In this document: piece by piece, positions 50,638-59,826 of the stretch
How the letters are laid out: every line of letters begins with the position of its first letter
Position numbering within the stretch: the stretch's first letter is position 1
Origin: an uncultured Planctomycetales bacterium
GTDB taxonomy: Bacteria; Omnitrophota; Gorgyraeia; Zapsychrales; JAHFFX01
Direction of reading: 5' to 3'
DNA length: 64,000 bases
Assembly (NCBI GenBank): GCA_964464475.1
Contig: CAYXGG010000007.1
Coordinates: forward strand, 5,305-69,304
Notes under the pieces: generated by a model
The model's input: the letters and a program-made list of their open reading frames with translations, nothing else
Told to the model about the DNA's origin: nothing
Database searches by the model: none
Translations under genes and position numbers: made by a program

Positions 50638-50816
50638 CCCGCAATGATTTTGCCAAAGATTTTACTGGCCTTTTCTCTTCCAAGAATGGTAAGGAAGCCA
50701 GCTTGCCCGTCCGCGGTCCGCCACGGCTCGCCCTCGGCGCGACGGGCAGGCGGGTTGACTACCGTAAATCCAGAATGAGTAGTAGAAAAGCCAATAGGCT
50801 TATGGAGTGATGTGGG
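50638..50816 (+). ncRNA. candidate ~180-nt rod-shaped RNA with central bubble (6S RNA-like)
   Basis: Nested pairings cccgca/tgtggg, actggc-ttttct/agaaaa-gccaat, atggta/taccgt and gcttgcccgtc/gacgggcaggc; G:U pairs favour the + strand; TATAAT at 50629-50634. Confidence 0.5.
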
Positions 50817-50820
50817 AAGT

Positions 50821-51363
50821 TTAGTGAAAAAGAGTTGAATAGCTGTGCCGTAGGCTTTCCCAATAGTTTCTTTTCAACTCTAGGCGAGCGAATTTTTGCG
50901 CGAAGGCGGGATGGTGGCTGGCGCAAATGATTTGGCAGCCAGCACGCGCGGCTTGGATTAACCCCTTCCGAATCCTCAGTATCCAATTCAAATCTTGCCC
51001 GGTCTCAGGTTCATCAAGGAGCAAACAATCTCCGGGTGTAAAGTTTAATAGCCCCAAGACATCTCTGAGTGTTTCTCCATGAGACGAATATCGGGCTCGG
51101 ATAGCTACCGCATTCCCCTTAAGTCCCTTAACCGTTTTACCAAATAGATGTGGATTCATTCGTTCGCCATCATAAAAATGATAGCGAGTTGGCTGGTCTT
51201 CAATCTTTTGGCAATCGTTACATTCATGGATGGCCCGAAGCAAAGTACTCTTGCCTGAGCCATTTGGGCCGATGATGCACGTAGCTCTTGAGGCAAAGCA
51301 AAATTTCTGAGGATATTTAAGGCGACCGCGATGTCGCCAACAAGGCGTAAAACCTGTTAGCAT
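50821..51363 (-). CDS. minimal ABC/AAA-type ATPase (COG3910-like)
   Basis: GPNGSGKS Walker A, SSHGE signature, LLLDEPE Walker B, ASHHP H-loop; 180 aa, no TM. Confidence 0.75.
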   Translation of the reverse strand: MLTGFTPCWRHRGRLKYPQKFCFASRATCIIGPNGSGKSTLLRAIHECNDCQKIEDQPTRYHFYDGERMNPHLFGKTVKGLKGNAVAIRARYSSHGETLRDVLGLLNFTPGDCLLLDEPETGQDLNWILRIRKGLIQAARAGCQIICASHHPAFAQKFARLELKRNYWESLRHSYSTLFH

Positions 51364-51385
51364 AGCGTTTGTGGGGAAATTAGCG

Positions 51386-51784
51386 TTAGACGGAAATTTT
51401 TTGCAAGAAAGTCATTCTGGAAGTAAGCCAAAAGCTTAAGAAAGCTAGCGTTAATCCGCCGCCTACGCTGAAAAGCACGTAAATAATCGCGGTTTTGATG
51501 TGTCCGGACTTGATAAGGTTAAGGTTTTCCAAGGTAAACGCTGAAAAAGTAGTAAATCCTCCTAGAATTCCAGTGACCAGTAATAATTTGAGCTCATAAG
51601 TAACTGATAAGTTTTCAAAAATACCGGCTAGTCCCCCGATCAGCATTGAACCTAGTAAATTCACCGTTAATGTCGCCCAAGGGAAAGTATCTGGTTGCGC
51701 TGGCTGTAGCGCTAATCCAACCAGATAGCGACAAGCGCTGCCAAGTGCCCCACCCCCCATGACCAGTAATAGCTTATCCATCAT
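51386..51784 (-). CDS. crcB: fluoride efflux channel Fluc/CrcB
   Basis: GGALGSACRY, FPWATLTVN, TGILGGFTTFSAF. Confidence 0.96.
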   Translation of the reverse strand: MMDKLLLVMGGGALGSACRYLVGLALQPAQPDTFPWATLTVNLLGSMLIGGLAGIFENLSVTYELKLLLVTGILGGFTTFSAFTLENLNLIKSGHIKTAIIYVLFSVGGGLTLAFLSFWLTSRMTFLQKISV

Positions 51785-52343
51785 CTCTTCCTGATTTTAT
51801 GGAGAAAGAATTGATGAATCTCTCAGCAAAAGGTCGTATTTTTTGCTCATCCCATTTGGGAAATTCAACGCCAACAATAATGAGTCGGTTGCCGTTTAGA
51901 ACGTTGCGGTTGATGAGTCTGTGATTTTGAAATGGATCAAGCCATTCGCTACTTACACAAAGTTTTGTTTCATTCATTAGAAATAAATGGTTTTTGTCCA
52001 AGCTGTAACCGGACTCTGCGAGCTGAAACCAGGGAATAGCCAGGATATCATTCATATCCATCGATTGTAATTTTTCCTCAGGGAGTTGGGTGGAACCGAT
52101 AAAGAAGGTGCTGCCTTGAAAAGAGCTGGTGAGGACTTCAAATTCAGTAGTTCCTGCGAGAGTTTCGGTTCTGTAATAGATTGTTTTGGGTGATTTGGGA
52201 AACGTCGCCGAAAATCCTGAAGAAGACGATTGAACATTGTTCCAGCTAGGCAGTGCGGCATTCTTATGGTGAAGAATTTGATAGTACCCCCCTCCTATTC
52301 CGGTGAGAAGTAGAATAACGAACCATAACAATTTTGCGCGCAT
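51774..52343 (-). CDS. hypothetical exported protein
   Basis: N-terminal TM/signal segment; GFSATFPKSP and RFINSF.I motifs (possibly PsbP/DcrB-like fold). Confidence 0.6.
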   Translation of the reverse strand: MRAKLLWFVILLLTGIGGGYYQILHHKNAALPSWNNVQSSSSGFSATFPKSPKTIYYRTETLAGTTEFEVLTSSFQGSTFFIGSTQLPEEKLQSMDMNDILAIPWFQLAESGYSLDKNHLFLMNETKLCVSSEWLDPFQNHRLINRNVLNGNRLIIVGVEFPKWDEQKIRPFAERFINSFSIKSGRDDG

Positions 52344-52348
52344 AGATT

Positions 52349-53281
52349 CTAAAGATTGGGTTTATTAACGATTAAATTATCTTCGATTCTGAAAGTAACG
52401 GGTAATCCCGTTGAGAATCGAATGCTCGCCCATCCCCATGCGTAGCCAAAAAACATAAGTCCACATATGCCAGCCGGAAAAATAAGGAGTGTCTCCAAAT
52501 GTAGGTATTGACCATTTAAATTAGCATGCCATAGAGGAATATAAAGGAATGTCGTAAGAAGAAATAACATGAATGATACGCGTATCCCCGCCAGTCTTGG
52601 AAGATAGATTTTTTTATTGGCGGTTGCCGGAGAATTTAGAAGCAACGATCCTCCTAATGCGATGAGCCAGGCGGGAAAGGCATTAGTCAGAGTGTGCAGG
52701 ATATTAGGCGCAATATTAAAATCAAGAAATTCTTTGGAGAAAACCGACGCTTGACCTCGGAAGAAAATGAAGCCAGTCATTAATTTCATGCCCCAAATCC
52801 AGATGGGGCCGATCAGCACGAAAAACCAAAATAAAAAGAGTGGGAAATGGCGTTGTCCGGGTAAAAAGCATTGGCCAAATGGCTTAAGCAAGAAAAGCAC
52901 TATGATGAGCACAGAAAAAGCAGCATATAAACTGACCATCGATATCGGCACCTGAGCTTGCATGCGTTGTAGATGTGGTAACGCTAATAGGTCGTTGAGA
53001 GGTCCCAAAAATGAAACTATAATCGCCAGCCAGCGCCCTAGAGAGCGTTTTTGTAATAAGTAGATACCGGCCAAAAAACTAATTATTTCTAGTAAGAATC
53101 CCATGCCCAGATGTAGGTTAAGTGGGTAAAACTTGGGGTTTAGGAGCGCGACGATCGAGGTGAATCCCTGTGTGGCCAGGCGCGTCAATACGTATAAGAA
53201 ATGACCGATGAAATAACATCCGATGATGTTAATTAAGAAAATTCTTTTGGAATTTTTTATCGGGATTTTCTTTTGGTCCAT
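52349..53281 (-). CDS. hypothetical polytopic membrane protein
   Basis: 310-aa ORF with about 8 hydrophobic segments. Confidence 0.65.
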   Translation of the reverse strand: MDQKKIPIKNSKRIFLINIIGCYFIGHFLYVLTRLATQGFTSIVALLNPKFYPLNLHLGMGFLLEIISFLAGIYLLQKRSLGRWLAIIVSFLGPLNDLLALPHLQRMQAQVPISMVSLYAAFSVLIIVLFLLKPFGQCFLPGQRHFPLFLFWFFVLIGPIWIWGMKLMTGFIFFRGQASVFSKEFLDFNIAPNILHTLTNAFPAWLIALGGSLLLNSPATANKKIYLPRLAGIRVSFMLFLLTTFLYIPLWHANLNGQYLHLETLLIFPAGICGLMFFGYAWGWASIRFSTGLPVTFRIEDNLIVNKPNL

Positions 53282-53604
53282 TTTTTGGCTATGTCGGGAG
53301 TCGCGGTCGTTGACGTCGAGATATTGCTAGAGGCCGGTGTCTCTAAGGGAGTCGTATTAGTATTATTCTTATTAGACGCGGATTTCTTATTTTTTCGGTT
53401 AGCTAACACGGCCGATTTTTGCATTTGCAAGTTTTTGTTGATGGACATTTCAGGAATGGATGAAGATTGATAAAAATCAGGATTATTTTGGGCGCTATCA
53501 AAAACTTTAAGCGTGCTGCGTTTGGGGGCGGGATAGTTATCTGCATGAGCAGGCGCAAGGCTCCCTAAAAGCAGAACGAGGAGTATCCCGCTTAATTTAT
53601 TCAT
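53257..53604 (-). CDS. hypothetical exported low-complexity protein
   Basis: Start moved to MNKLSGILL; AHA|D signal cleavage site; N/S/T-rich tail. Confidence 0.5.
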   Translation of the reverse strand: MNKLSGILLVLLLGSLAPAHADNYPAPKRSTLKVFDSAQNNPDFYQSSSIPEMSINKNLQMQKSAVLANRKNKKSASNKNNTNTTPLETPASSNISTSTTATPDIAKKWTKRKSR

Positions 53605-54229
53605 GTGGGGCGTCCTGGCTGGTGGCTGCGGTTGGTCGCCCAGGTGGATACCGCTCGTAGATCGTTGGTTGGCCAAATTCTTCCGCTGGAATCGCGTGTA
53701 CGAAGCGCGCAAATTGTTTAGAGGTCATTTTTAGGATACCCGTTTCCTCTTCATCAATCACCAAGGTTCGCTGTCCAGAATTTCTGACTAGGCGATCAGC
53801 GTTTTTTTGTGGCATAAACCACACCCAAAGGTCATCCCTATTAACTTTAAATTTAATGACAAAATATCCGGGTGAATTTTCTTCGCCTCGTAAGGTTTTT
53901 AGACTGGCAAAATAATCCTGGTGATGGCGGTGTATGGTCGCGCCGTAAGCGCCGGCCGTGATATTCTCGGCCTTCGCTTCTTCTAGTTGCTCGGGCTGAA
54001 AGATTTTTCCAGTTCCTTCAAGAATAATGAATTGGGGGTGCACCGGATCAGGAAAAATGGTTATTGATTTGCGGGAATCTGGGTTGACTGCGGCTTTCTC
54101 TATCCAGATGCCGTTAAGCACAGATTGTTCGTAATTGTTCTCGGTCGTTGGCAAAGGATTTTGGTTGGCTAGGCACCCGGACAGGAGCCCAACGGATAGG
54201 ATTAAAGAAATATTAATTAATTTGGACAT
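53597..54229 (-). CDS. hypothetical lipoprotein
   Basis: Lipobox LLSG|C. Confidence 0.7.
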   Translation of the reverse strand: MSKLINISLILSVGLLSGCLANQNPLPTTENNYEQSVLNGIWIEKAAVNPDSRKSITIFPDPVHPQFIILEGTGKIFQPEQLEEAKAENITAGAYGATIHRHHQDYFASLKTLRGEENSPGYFVIKFKVNRDDLWVWFMPQKNADRLVRNSGQRTLVIDEEETGILKMTSKQFARFVHAIPAEEFGQPTIYERYPPGRPTAATSQDAPHE

Positions 54230-54324
54230 GAATTTTGATGAGTTATTTAACGAGCGTTATTTTAACACAAAGCGGATGCGTGTCTACCGTGCAGCTAGGA
54301 AATATGTGAACTCAGGAAAGCTGA

Positions 54325-54891
54325 TTATTGATTTAATTCTGCTTGAATGGCGCTGGTATTCAATCCACGGATAATTTTGGCTCCCACCCTGGTGATCGGA
54401 ATCCCTTCCCCGCCCATCTGGTCGTAGGTTGAACGTGCCTGGGGGTCGGCTTCGATATCATGTCGGCTGTAGGGAATCCCTTGGCTGTTGAGCCAGCTTT
54501 CCAGTTTCTGACAATAAGGGCACCAGGAGGTAACATAAATATCGACTGATTTCGCAACTTGGCGCGAATCGATCGGCTCTTCTCTAAACGCAGTTTCCTT
54601 GGTATTAGGAGAAGTGCTGTCAGGAGGTAAATAATGGCGGTAAATTTCTATTTTTTTGCGTTGGCTAACCTGCTGTTTCTTTTTAAGCGTTGCTTCTGGG
54701 TCCGGAGACAGCAAACTTTTTTTGAAGATGATGTCTTTGCCCTTCTCGCGAACTTTCAGCAACTTATCGGTCTCTTCGATGAGTTCACCGGTCACAACTT
54801 TGCCGGTTTTAAGTACATAAGTTTCCGCCCAAGATTTGTTTGCTTGAAATAGAATAATGATAAGAAGTAAGATGATTTTAACCATGCTCAA
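54325..54891 (-). CDS. exported glutaredoxin-domain protein
   Basis: Signal peptide (SWA|E); C-terminal YVTSWCPYC and GIP..VG glutaredoxin motifs. Confidence 0.8.
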   Translation of the reverse strand: MSMVKIILLLIIILFQANKSWAETYVLKTGKVVTGELIEETDKLLKVREKGKDIIFKKSLLSPDPEATLKKKQQVSQRKKIEIYRHYLPPDSTSPNTKETAFREEPIDSRQVAKSVDIYVTSWCPYCQKLESWLNSQGIPYSRHDIEADPQARSTYDQMGGEGIPITRVGAKIIRGLNTSAIQAELNQ

Positions 54892-56795
54892 TATTTTACT
54901 CGGGATAGTTCTTCAGGAAAGCCGTAATTATAAAATATTTTTTCAGGCCGCCGCTGGTAGTTAATAGCCTCCCTCGCATAATCTTCTGGGGATAAGAAAG
55001 TTAGCTTTTCATTCTGTACCCTCAGGATAGAGTGAATACCTGCCTGTTTTAAGTCATCAACGATTAAAGCTTCATCTTTATACGATTCCCAGCGGACTAC
55101 CGTAGTATGCCATAGTCCAATCTGGGGCATGGTGGGAAGAAGAAACGCTGATAGTTTATTCACACCCGCAACGCCGGTATCGTAGGCTACTTGGTTAAAT
55201 TTCTTTGGCTCTATTAATAGACTAGCTTCAGCGATCCGATTATCCGGGAAATAGCGGTCTCGGACCTGGGTAAAATGTAGTCGATTTGTCAGTACGGCAA
55301 GATTATCCGCTACGGTAGGCCATTTGCTGCTTCCCCCATCCGCTAGAATAATTCTCCCCGCTGGTAAAGCGAGCACGATCAGAAAGAGAATGGGAATAGT
55401 TTTATTGTTGAGAGTAAAAGCGCGGGTAAAGATAAAATCAACAACGATGATAAAGGCAAAAGCTAACACGGCAATACCATAGCGATAAACCCGTGGATCA
55501 ATAAATTGTGCAAACGCGATGCCCAAAACAACTAATAGTGAAAGAATTAGCCAATAACCTAGATGACTCATCTCCTCGGCTGTTGATTTAGAATGGCTTG
55601 CGGACCAGAGGATTACCGCAGGAAGGATAAGTAAACTTAAAAAAATGTATTTGGCCGCCGCCACGCCAGGCCAGATAAAAAAGTAACTGGCGTATTTTAT
55701 GAGCTCGCCAAAGGATAGTTTGCCAAATATAACCATAAAAACATTTTGCATTTCTTGGGTCCAGTTAAGGGCATTAAATTCAGCGGCAAAAATAGGAAAT
55801 GTCGGGCATCCAGTCACGAGCCAACTGCGTAGAAACCAGAAGCTTAAGATCATGGTCGAAGCGCATAGCATGAGGATGCTTTTAGGATTTGAAAGGATCC
55901 GGCGTAAAGTCAACAGGGGTTTAGGTTGGATCATGATTCCTAAAAGGCCCATGCCCACCAAGACATAGAGCGTTTGATATTTATTGGCTAAGAATTGAGA
56001 AAGGTAAATCAATGCAAGGAGTAATCGTGCGTTCTCTCCCGTCTTTCTTGCTTCCCAGAAATTAAACGCTGCCGCAAAGATTAAAGCTATCAGGGCGCTG
56101 TTGATGATACAACACGCATTGGCACCAGAGAAAAAAATATGCCCGTCAAAAAGCATGAACATGACGGCGGCCAACCCATACCAGGTGTTTAATTGAAATG
56201 ACGTGTATCCATAAAGGAGCAAGGCTGCGACAACTGTCCAGCCGGCTACCACCAATTGAGGAAATAGCGTTTCTTGGGGGAAGATCGATAGACCTAATGC
56301 GTAGGGAACGGCGTTAAACATCGGCGCGAAGATGCGTATGTCGGTTGCGGCATTGCCTACCAGAAAAGTTCCCTGTTCCAACCAAAGCTTTTGTGCAAAA
56401 AGATAACTGGAATGGGAATCAACATCAACCAGAAAGAAAAGGTTACGAAAGATAAAAATAATTAAGAGCGTCCCAAAAACCAGGGTGGGAAAGTCTAAGC
56501 TTCTGGGGCGTTCAAAAGCCAAACTTAATTTAGAACGAACGCTGGTCGAAAATAAGAACCCAATATTGCTGACAACAATTGCCCAAAGCCAAGGACCACG
56601 ATAGAGTCCCAAAAGCGCTAAGGTCAGCATTTGACCCACGATAAGGATGCTTCCTAATAAGAAATATTCTCCGATGAGAGTGGCGCGATTGATGGGAGAT
56701 TGGTCTTTGGGGTTTGCCCAAGAATAAATACGGATTCCCGCGATCAAGGTTGAAAAAGCGTAAAGACCGAAAAGAAAGAAAACGAGGAAATTCAT
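54888..56795 (-). CDS. large polytopic membrane protein, probable GT-C glycosyltransferase
   Basis: About 13 TM segments; DSHSSY acidic loop; LRSWLVTGCPTFP motif; adjacent to a GT2 gene. Confidence 0.6.
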   Translation of the reverse strand: MNFLVFFLFGLYAFSTLIAGIRIYSWANPKDQSPINRATLIGEYFLLGSILIVGQMLTLALLGLYRGPWLWAIVVSNIGFLFSTSVRSKLSLAFERPRSLDFPTLVFGTLLIIFIFRNLFFLVDVDSHSSYLFAQKLWLEQGTFLVGNAATDIRIFAPMFNAVPYALGLSIFPQETLFPQLVVAGWTVVAALLLYGYTSFQLNTWYGLAAVMFMLFDGHIFFSGANACCIINSALIALIFAAAFNFWEARKTGENARLLLALIYLSQFLANKYQTLYVLVGMGLLGIMIQPKPLLTLRRILSNPKSILMLCASTMILSFWFLRSWLVTGCPTFPIFAAEFNALNWTQEMQNVFMVIFGKLSFGELIKYASYFFIWPGVAAAKYIFLSLLILPAVILWSASHSKSTAEEMSHLGYWLILSLLVVLGIAFAQFIDPRVYRYGIAVLAFAFIIVVDFIFTRAFTLNNKTIPILFLIVLALPAGRIILADGGSSKWPTVADNLAVLTNRLHFTQVRDRYFPDNRIAEASLLIEPKKFNQVAYDTGVAGVNKLSAFLLPTMPQIGLWHTTVVRWESYKDEALIVDDLKQAGIHSILRVQNEKLTFLSPEDYAREAINYQRRPEKIFYNYGFPEELSRVKY

Positions 56796-56800
56796 TCAGG

Positions 56801-57511
56801 TCAATATTTGCTGACAAATATTTCACGGATGGTTTGATAGAGGAACACGGCTCCCCAGCGCCACACTTGTAGCTTTCTTTCTCCTCCGATACGCGCGGGT
56901 TCATCTCCGGGGATTTCGGTGATCTTTAGTTTTCGTCGTGCCGCACGAATAGATAAAAGCGGTTCCCAGCTGACTTTAGTATTGAATAGTTTTTCTTCTT
57001 TCTCGTAAGCCGAATCCTTATCCAAGCCTAAATCAAAGATTAAACTTTTTTTGTAAGCGCGGTAAATAACCATAGCATCCGTGTATCGCGCTGAATGAAG
57101 AAAATTTATAAGGACTTTGGTAAACATAAAATTCCCAAAGCCCGTGATCACATCATCATCCTCACTTTTTGCACCCGGCGCATAGCGTGACACAATGACC
57201 ATGTCATAGCCTTCTTTCATTTTATTGATGCATTCTGGAATGAGTTCCGGAACCGAGTTGCCATCTGGGCTAAAAGTCAGAATCACATCTCCCGTGATGT
57301 GCGGAAGGGCCTCCATATAGGCGTGCCGCATGCCTTTTTGTTTTTGGACCACATATTGATAGCCTTGTTGTTTAATGTACTCCAAGGTTCCGTCAGTCGA
57401 TTGACCGTCAACAAATAAAAGTTGGTCATACCATTCTTTTTTGATTTTAGGCATGATGGCTTTCATTCCTACGATTTCATTGAGGGTCGGGATCAACAGC
57501 GTCACTTTCAT
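56801..57511 (-). CDS. glycosyltransferase family 2 (polyprenol-phosphate sugar synthase-like)
   Basis: IPTLNE, VDGQSTDGT, FSPDG, DMVIVSRY, EIP..E.ARIGG. Confidence 0.85.
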   Translation of the reverse strand: MKVTLLIPTLNEIVGMKAIMPKIKKEWYDQLLFVDGQSTDGTLEYIKQQGYQYVVQKQKGMRHAYMEALPHITGDVILTFSPDGNSVPELIPECINKMKEGYDMVIVSRYAPGAKSEDDDVITGFGNFMFTKVLINFLHSARYTDAMVIYRAYKKSLIFDLGLDKDSAYEKEEKLFNTKVSWEPLLSIRAARRKLKITEIPGDEPARIGGERKLQVWRWGAVFLYQTIREIFVSKY

Positions 57512-57520
57512 AGGGTCTCC

Positions 57521-58027
57521 TTATCGTAATCGTTTGGTTCCGGTTATTTTAATCCCGGTATAATTGGTGCCCTCAATCGATTTTCCGTCTGCTGAGAGTG
57601 AAACCGTGTCTACCATCCCCGTGGGGTTCCAGTAAAGGGTCATCTCTTGATTTTTTAAATTAACGCAATTCCAACTTCCCGTAGCCGTGGGGATCAGATC
57701 CGTCGCATTTTTGCGCCAGGCTAAATGTCCGTCTTTTTCAAAGGTGACGACCCCTCCGATAAACCAATCCCAATTACCCAAAGCTTTTTCGCAACCAGTT
57801 GTTTTTCCTGGTGCGGAAGGGGTATTCGTCACCATGATGACTGGGGTGTTCTGTACGCCGGCTCCGGGGGGAGCTGCCGGAGCAGTTTGAGCGATAGCTG
57901 CTTTAGGAACCGCAGGTTTAAGGTTATTTAACGCCGCAATTAAACTTACCAGTGCCGTAATGACGCTGGCTATGCCGGTAAGGATACCTGGTAATGTTGA
58001 CCAAAATGGTTTAGGGTTTTCTTCCAT
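57521..58027 (-). CDS. hypothetical membrane-anchored protein
   Basis: FWSTLPGILTGIASVITAL anchor, Pro/Ala linker, beta-rich domain with 2 Cys. Confidence 0.7.
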   Translation of the reverse strand: MEENPKPFWSTLPGILTGIASVITALVSLIAALNNLKPAVPKAAIAQTAPAAPPGAGVQNTPVIMVTNTPSAPGKTTGCEKALGNWDWFIGGVVTFEKDGHLAWRKNATDLIPTATGSWNCVNLKNQEMTLYWNPTGMVDTVSLSADGKSIEGTNYTGIKITGTKRLR

Positions 58028-58031
58028 CCAA

Positions 58032-58340
58032 TTAATGACCGCTATATAAGGGGTAAATTTGGCAATAGTTTTCTAGTTCTCGTGGCGAGATTCCGTAAAT
58101 CAGAGCATCAGCATACCAATCACCTAGAATTTCTCGTAACCGCAAGATTTCTTTGAGTCGGTTACGAAAACGCGGATCAGCGATTGATAAGTCTAAAAGT
58201 TCTAGGGCTCGTTCCAAAGCCGAGTTCCGGTTCGGTTTATCGTTGGCTTCTTCCCAATGGCGAGCGCGTGACACTTCGCTTGCCACATGTCCGAGTTGTT
58301 GAGGTAAGGTTAATTGTTGCCAACGAGCTAATGTAATCAT
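58032..58340 (-). CDS. conserved hypothetical helical protein (partner of DUF5674)
   Basis: RWQQL.L.QQLGHVASEV.RA and ERALELLDL.I.D motifs; abuts the upstream gene. Confidence 0.75.
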   Translation of the reverse strand: MITLARWQQLTLPQQLGHVASEVSRARHWEEANDKPNRNSALERALELLDLSIADPRFRNRLKEILRLREILGDWYADALIYGISPRELENYCQIYPLYSGH

Positions 58341-58685
58341 TTATTCCACCAGAGAATCTACGATGGTTCTGATTTTTTCTTTTAATGTTGGGTCTTGAAT
58401 TTCAATGGAGCGGTTTCCTTGTTTGGGGCGAATATTTATCAGGGACCCAAAAACTATACGTTGTTCCCGAGGCCGATCTGGGTAAAGATTAAAGCCCCAG
58501 AGATCGGTTTGTAAAGAACCATTTTTTAATAGAATTGCTTCAGCGTCCGCATGTAAATCTCCTCCGAAGGCAATGATGCTGCGTTGTAGGTCAACGACAC
58601 CTTTGACCATCTCTCCATAATTATTGAGGGCCAACTCTCGGGCCTGAGTGAGCGTTATCTTTTGGTGAATAATCACGATGTCCAT
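58341..58685 (-). CDS. DUF5674 family protein
   Basis: VKGVVD, LHADAE..LL..GS.Q.DLWG.N.YP and S.INIRP.QGNRS motifs (recognised from memory). Confidence 0.78.
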   Translation of the reverse strand: MDIVIIHQKITLTQARELALNNYGEMVKGVVDLQRSIIAFGGDLHADAEAILLKNGSLQTDLWGFNLYPDRPREQRIVFGSLINIRPKQGNRSIEIQDPTLKEKIRTIVDSLVE

Positions 58686-58700
58686 AAATCAGAGCAATAA

Positions 58701-59174
58701 TTATTTTAAATAGGACCGGATCATCCACGCGGTTTTTTCGTGAGCTTGCATTAATCCAATCAGAAAATCATTGTTGCCGGAGTCTTTATATTTCTCAGCG
58801 CATAAATCGGCCGATTCACGCAAGTTCCGGATCACGGTCTCATGGTCCGTGAGAAGAATTTTTAACATGGAATCGGCGCTCAATGTTTTTCCCGGAGCTT
58901 CTTTGAGATGGGTGTTCGCTAAGAATTCTTTCATTGATCCGGCAGACGGAAGGTCCAGCGCGCGTATGCGTTCGGCGATTTCATCGATGGCCGCCGCCAG
59001 TTGGGTGTATTGGGTCCCAAAAAATTCGTGAAATTCCACAAAGTCTTTCCCCTCCACGTTCCAATGAAAATTGAGGGTCTTGACGTAAAGGGTGAAGGTG
59101 TCGCTCAAGGTTTTTTGCAGAATGGCCGCTACCGCTTGCCGGTGTTGGCTGTTAATGCCAATGTCGATAGTCAT
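58701..59174 (-). CDS. dps: DNA starvation/stationary phase protection protein Dps
   Basis: HWNVEG..F..FHEFF, DEIAERIRAL, HEKTAWM. Confidence 0.95.
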   Translation of the reverse strand: MTIDIGINSQHRQAVAAILQKTLSDTFTLYVKTLNFHWNVEGKDFVEFHEFFGTQYTQLAAAIDEIAERIRALDLPSAGSMKEFLANTHLKEAPGKTLSADSMLKILLTDHETVIRNLRESADLCAEKYKDSGNNDFLIGLMQAHEKTAWMIRSYLK

Positions 59175-59221
59175 AGGAATTCTCCTTTAATTTAACCGCC
59201 AGTAAAATATCACAGAAATCG

Positions 59222-59788
59222 TTATTTAATCCCACACTTTTCTTTTTCTTGATTGTAGTGTTTTCCGAACTGGAGGTTAATCTCTTTTAATTCTTCAGAC
59301 GAAAGTTTCGGTAAATATCGGTCTGGGTTCGCCGGGTCGGGTTGGTTGATCATAGTTAATTTTTTCATATAAGCTTCTTTAAGTGAAAAAATGTCTTCCT
59401 CCCACTCTTGGCGGGTAACGTCATCAAGGTTTTGTTCTTGAAAGAGTTTTTTCTGGAGCGTGTCTCCCATCAGTTTCCAACGGTAAGCTTTAATGGAACT
59501 GAGGCAGTCAGGTTTGTCATCTGTCGCGAGGGTTTGTTCCTGGTTATGTTCTGGGACCGCGGCGGGCTCTTCAGATTCGGGGGTAGTATTTTTGTCTTGC
59601 GTTTTGGGCAAGGTGTTTTTGATTTGGGTCCCCGTATTTTTGATGTTTTGGACATCATTTGTGGTCTGTTGCACTTTTTGAGCCGCGGACCTTAAATTGT
59701 CCCACATGCCAGCGTGGGTAGTCTGTACGCAAAGTAAAAATGTTAACAAGGTGCCAAACATGACAGCTGTTGTTGATGAATACTTCAT
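59222..59788 (-). CDS. hypothetical secreted protein
   Basis: THA|G signal peptide; low-complexity linker; helical domain bracketed by two Cys. Confidence 0.7.
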   Translation of the reverse strand: MKYSSTTAVMFGTLLTFLLCVQTTHAGMWDNLRSAAQKVQQTTNDVQNIKNTGTQIKNTLPKTQDKNTTPESEEPAAVPEHNQEQTLATDDKPDCLSSIKAYRWKLMGDTLQKKLFQEQNLDDVTRQEWEEDIFSLKEAYMKKLTMINQPDPANPDRYLPKLSSEELKEINLQFGKHYNQEKEKCGIK

Positions 59789-59826
59789 GGTTTGTCTCCT
59801 AGTAATGTTTAGATTAAATGAAGGAA

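Noticed and set aside
50690-50760. SRP (4.5S) RNA identity for the long hairpin
   Set aside because: No CAGG-N3-GNRA-N3-AGCAG helix-8 motif on either strand.
51785-51900. Fluoride riboswitch upstream of crcB
   Set aside because: crcB overlaps the upstream CDS and no GGCGATGG-type riboswitch consensus was seen.
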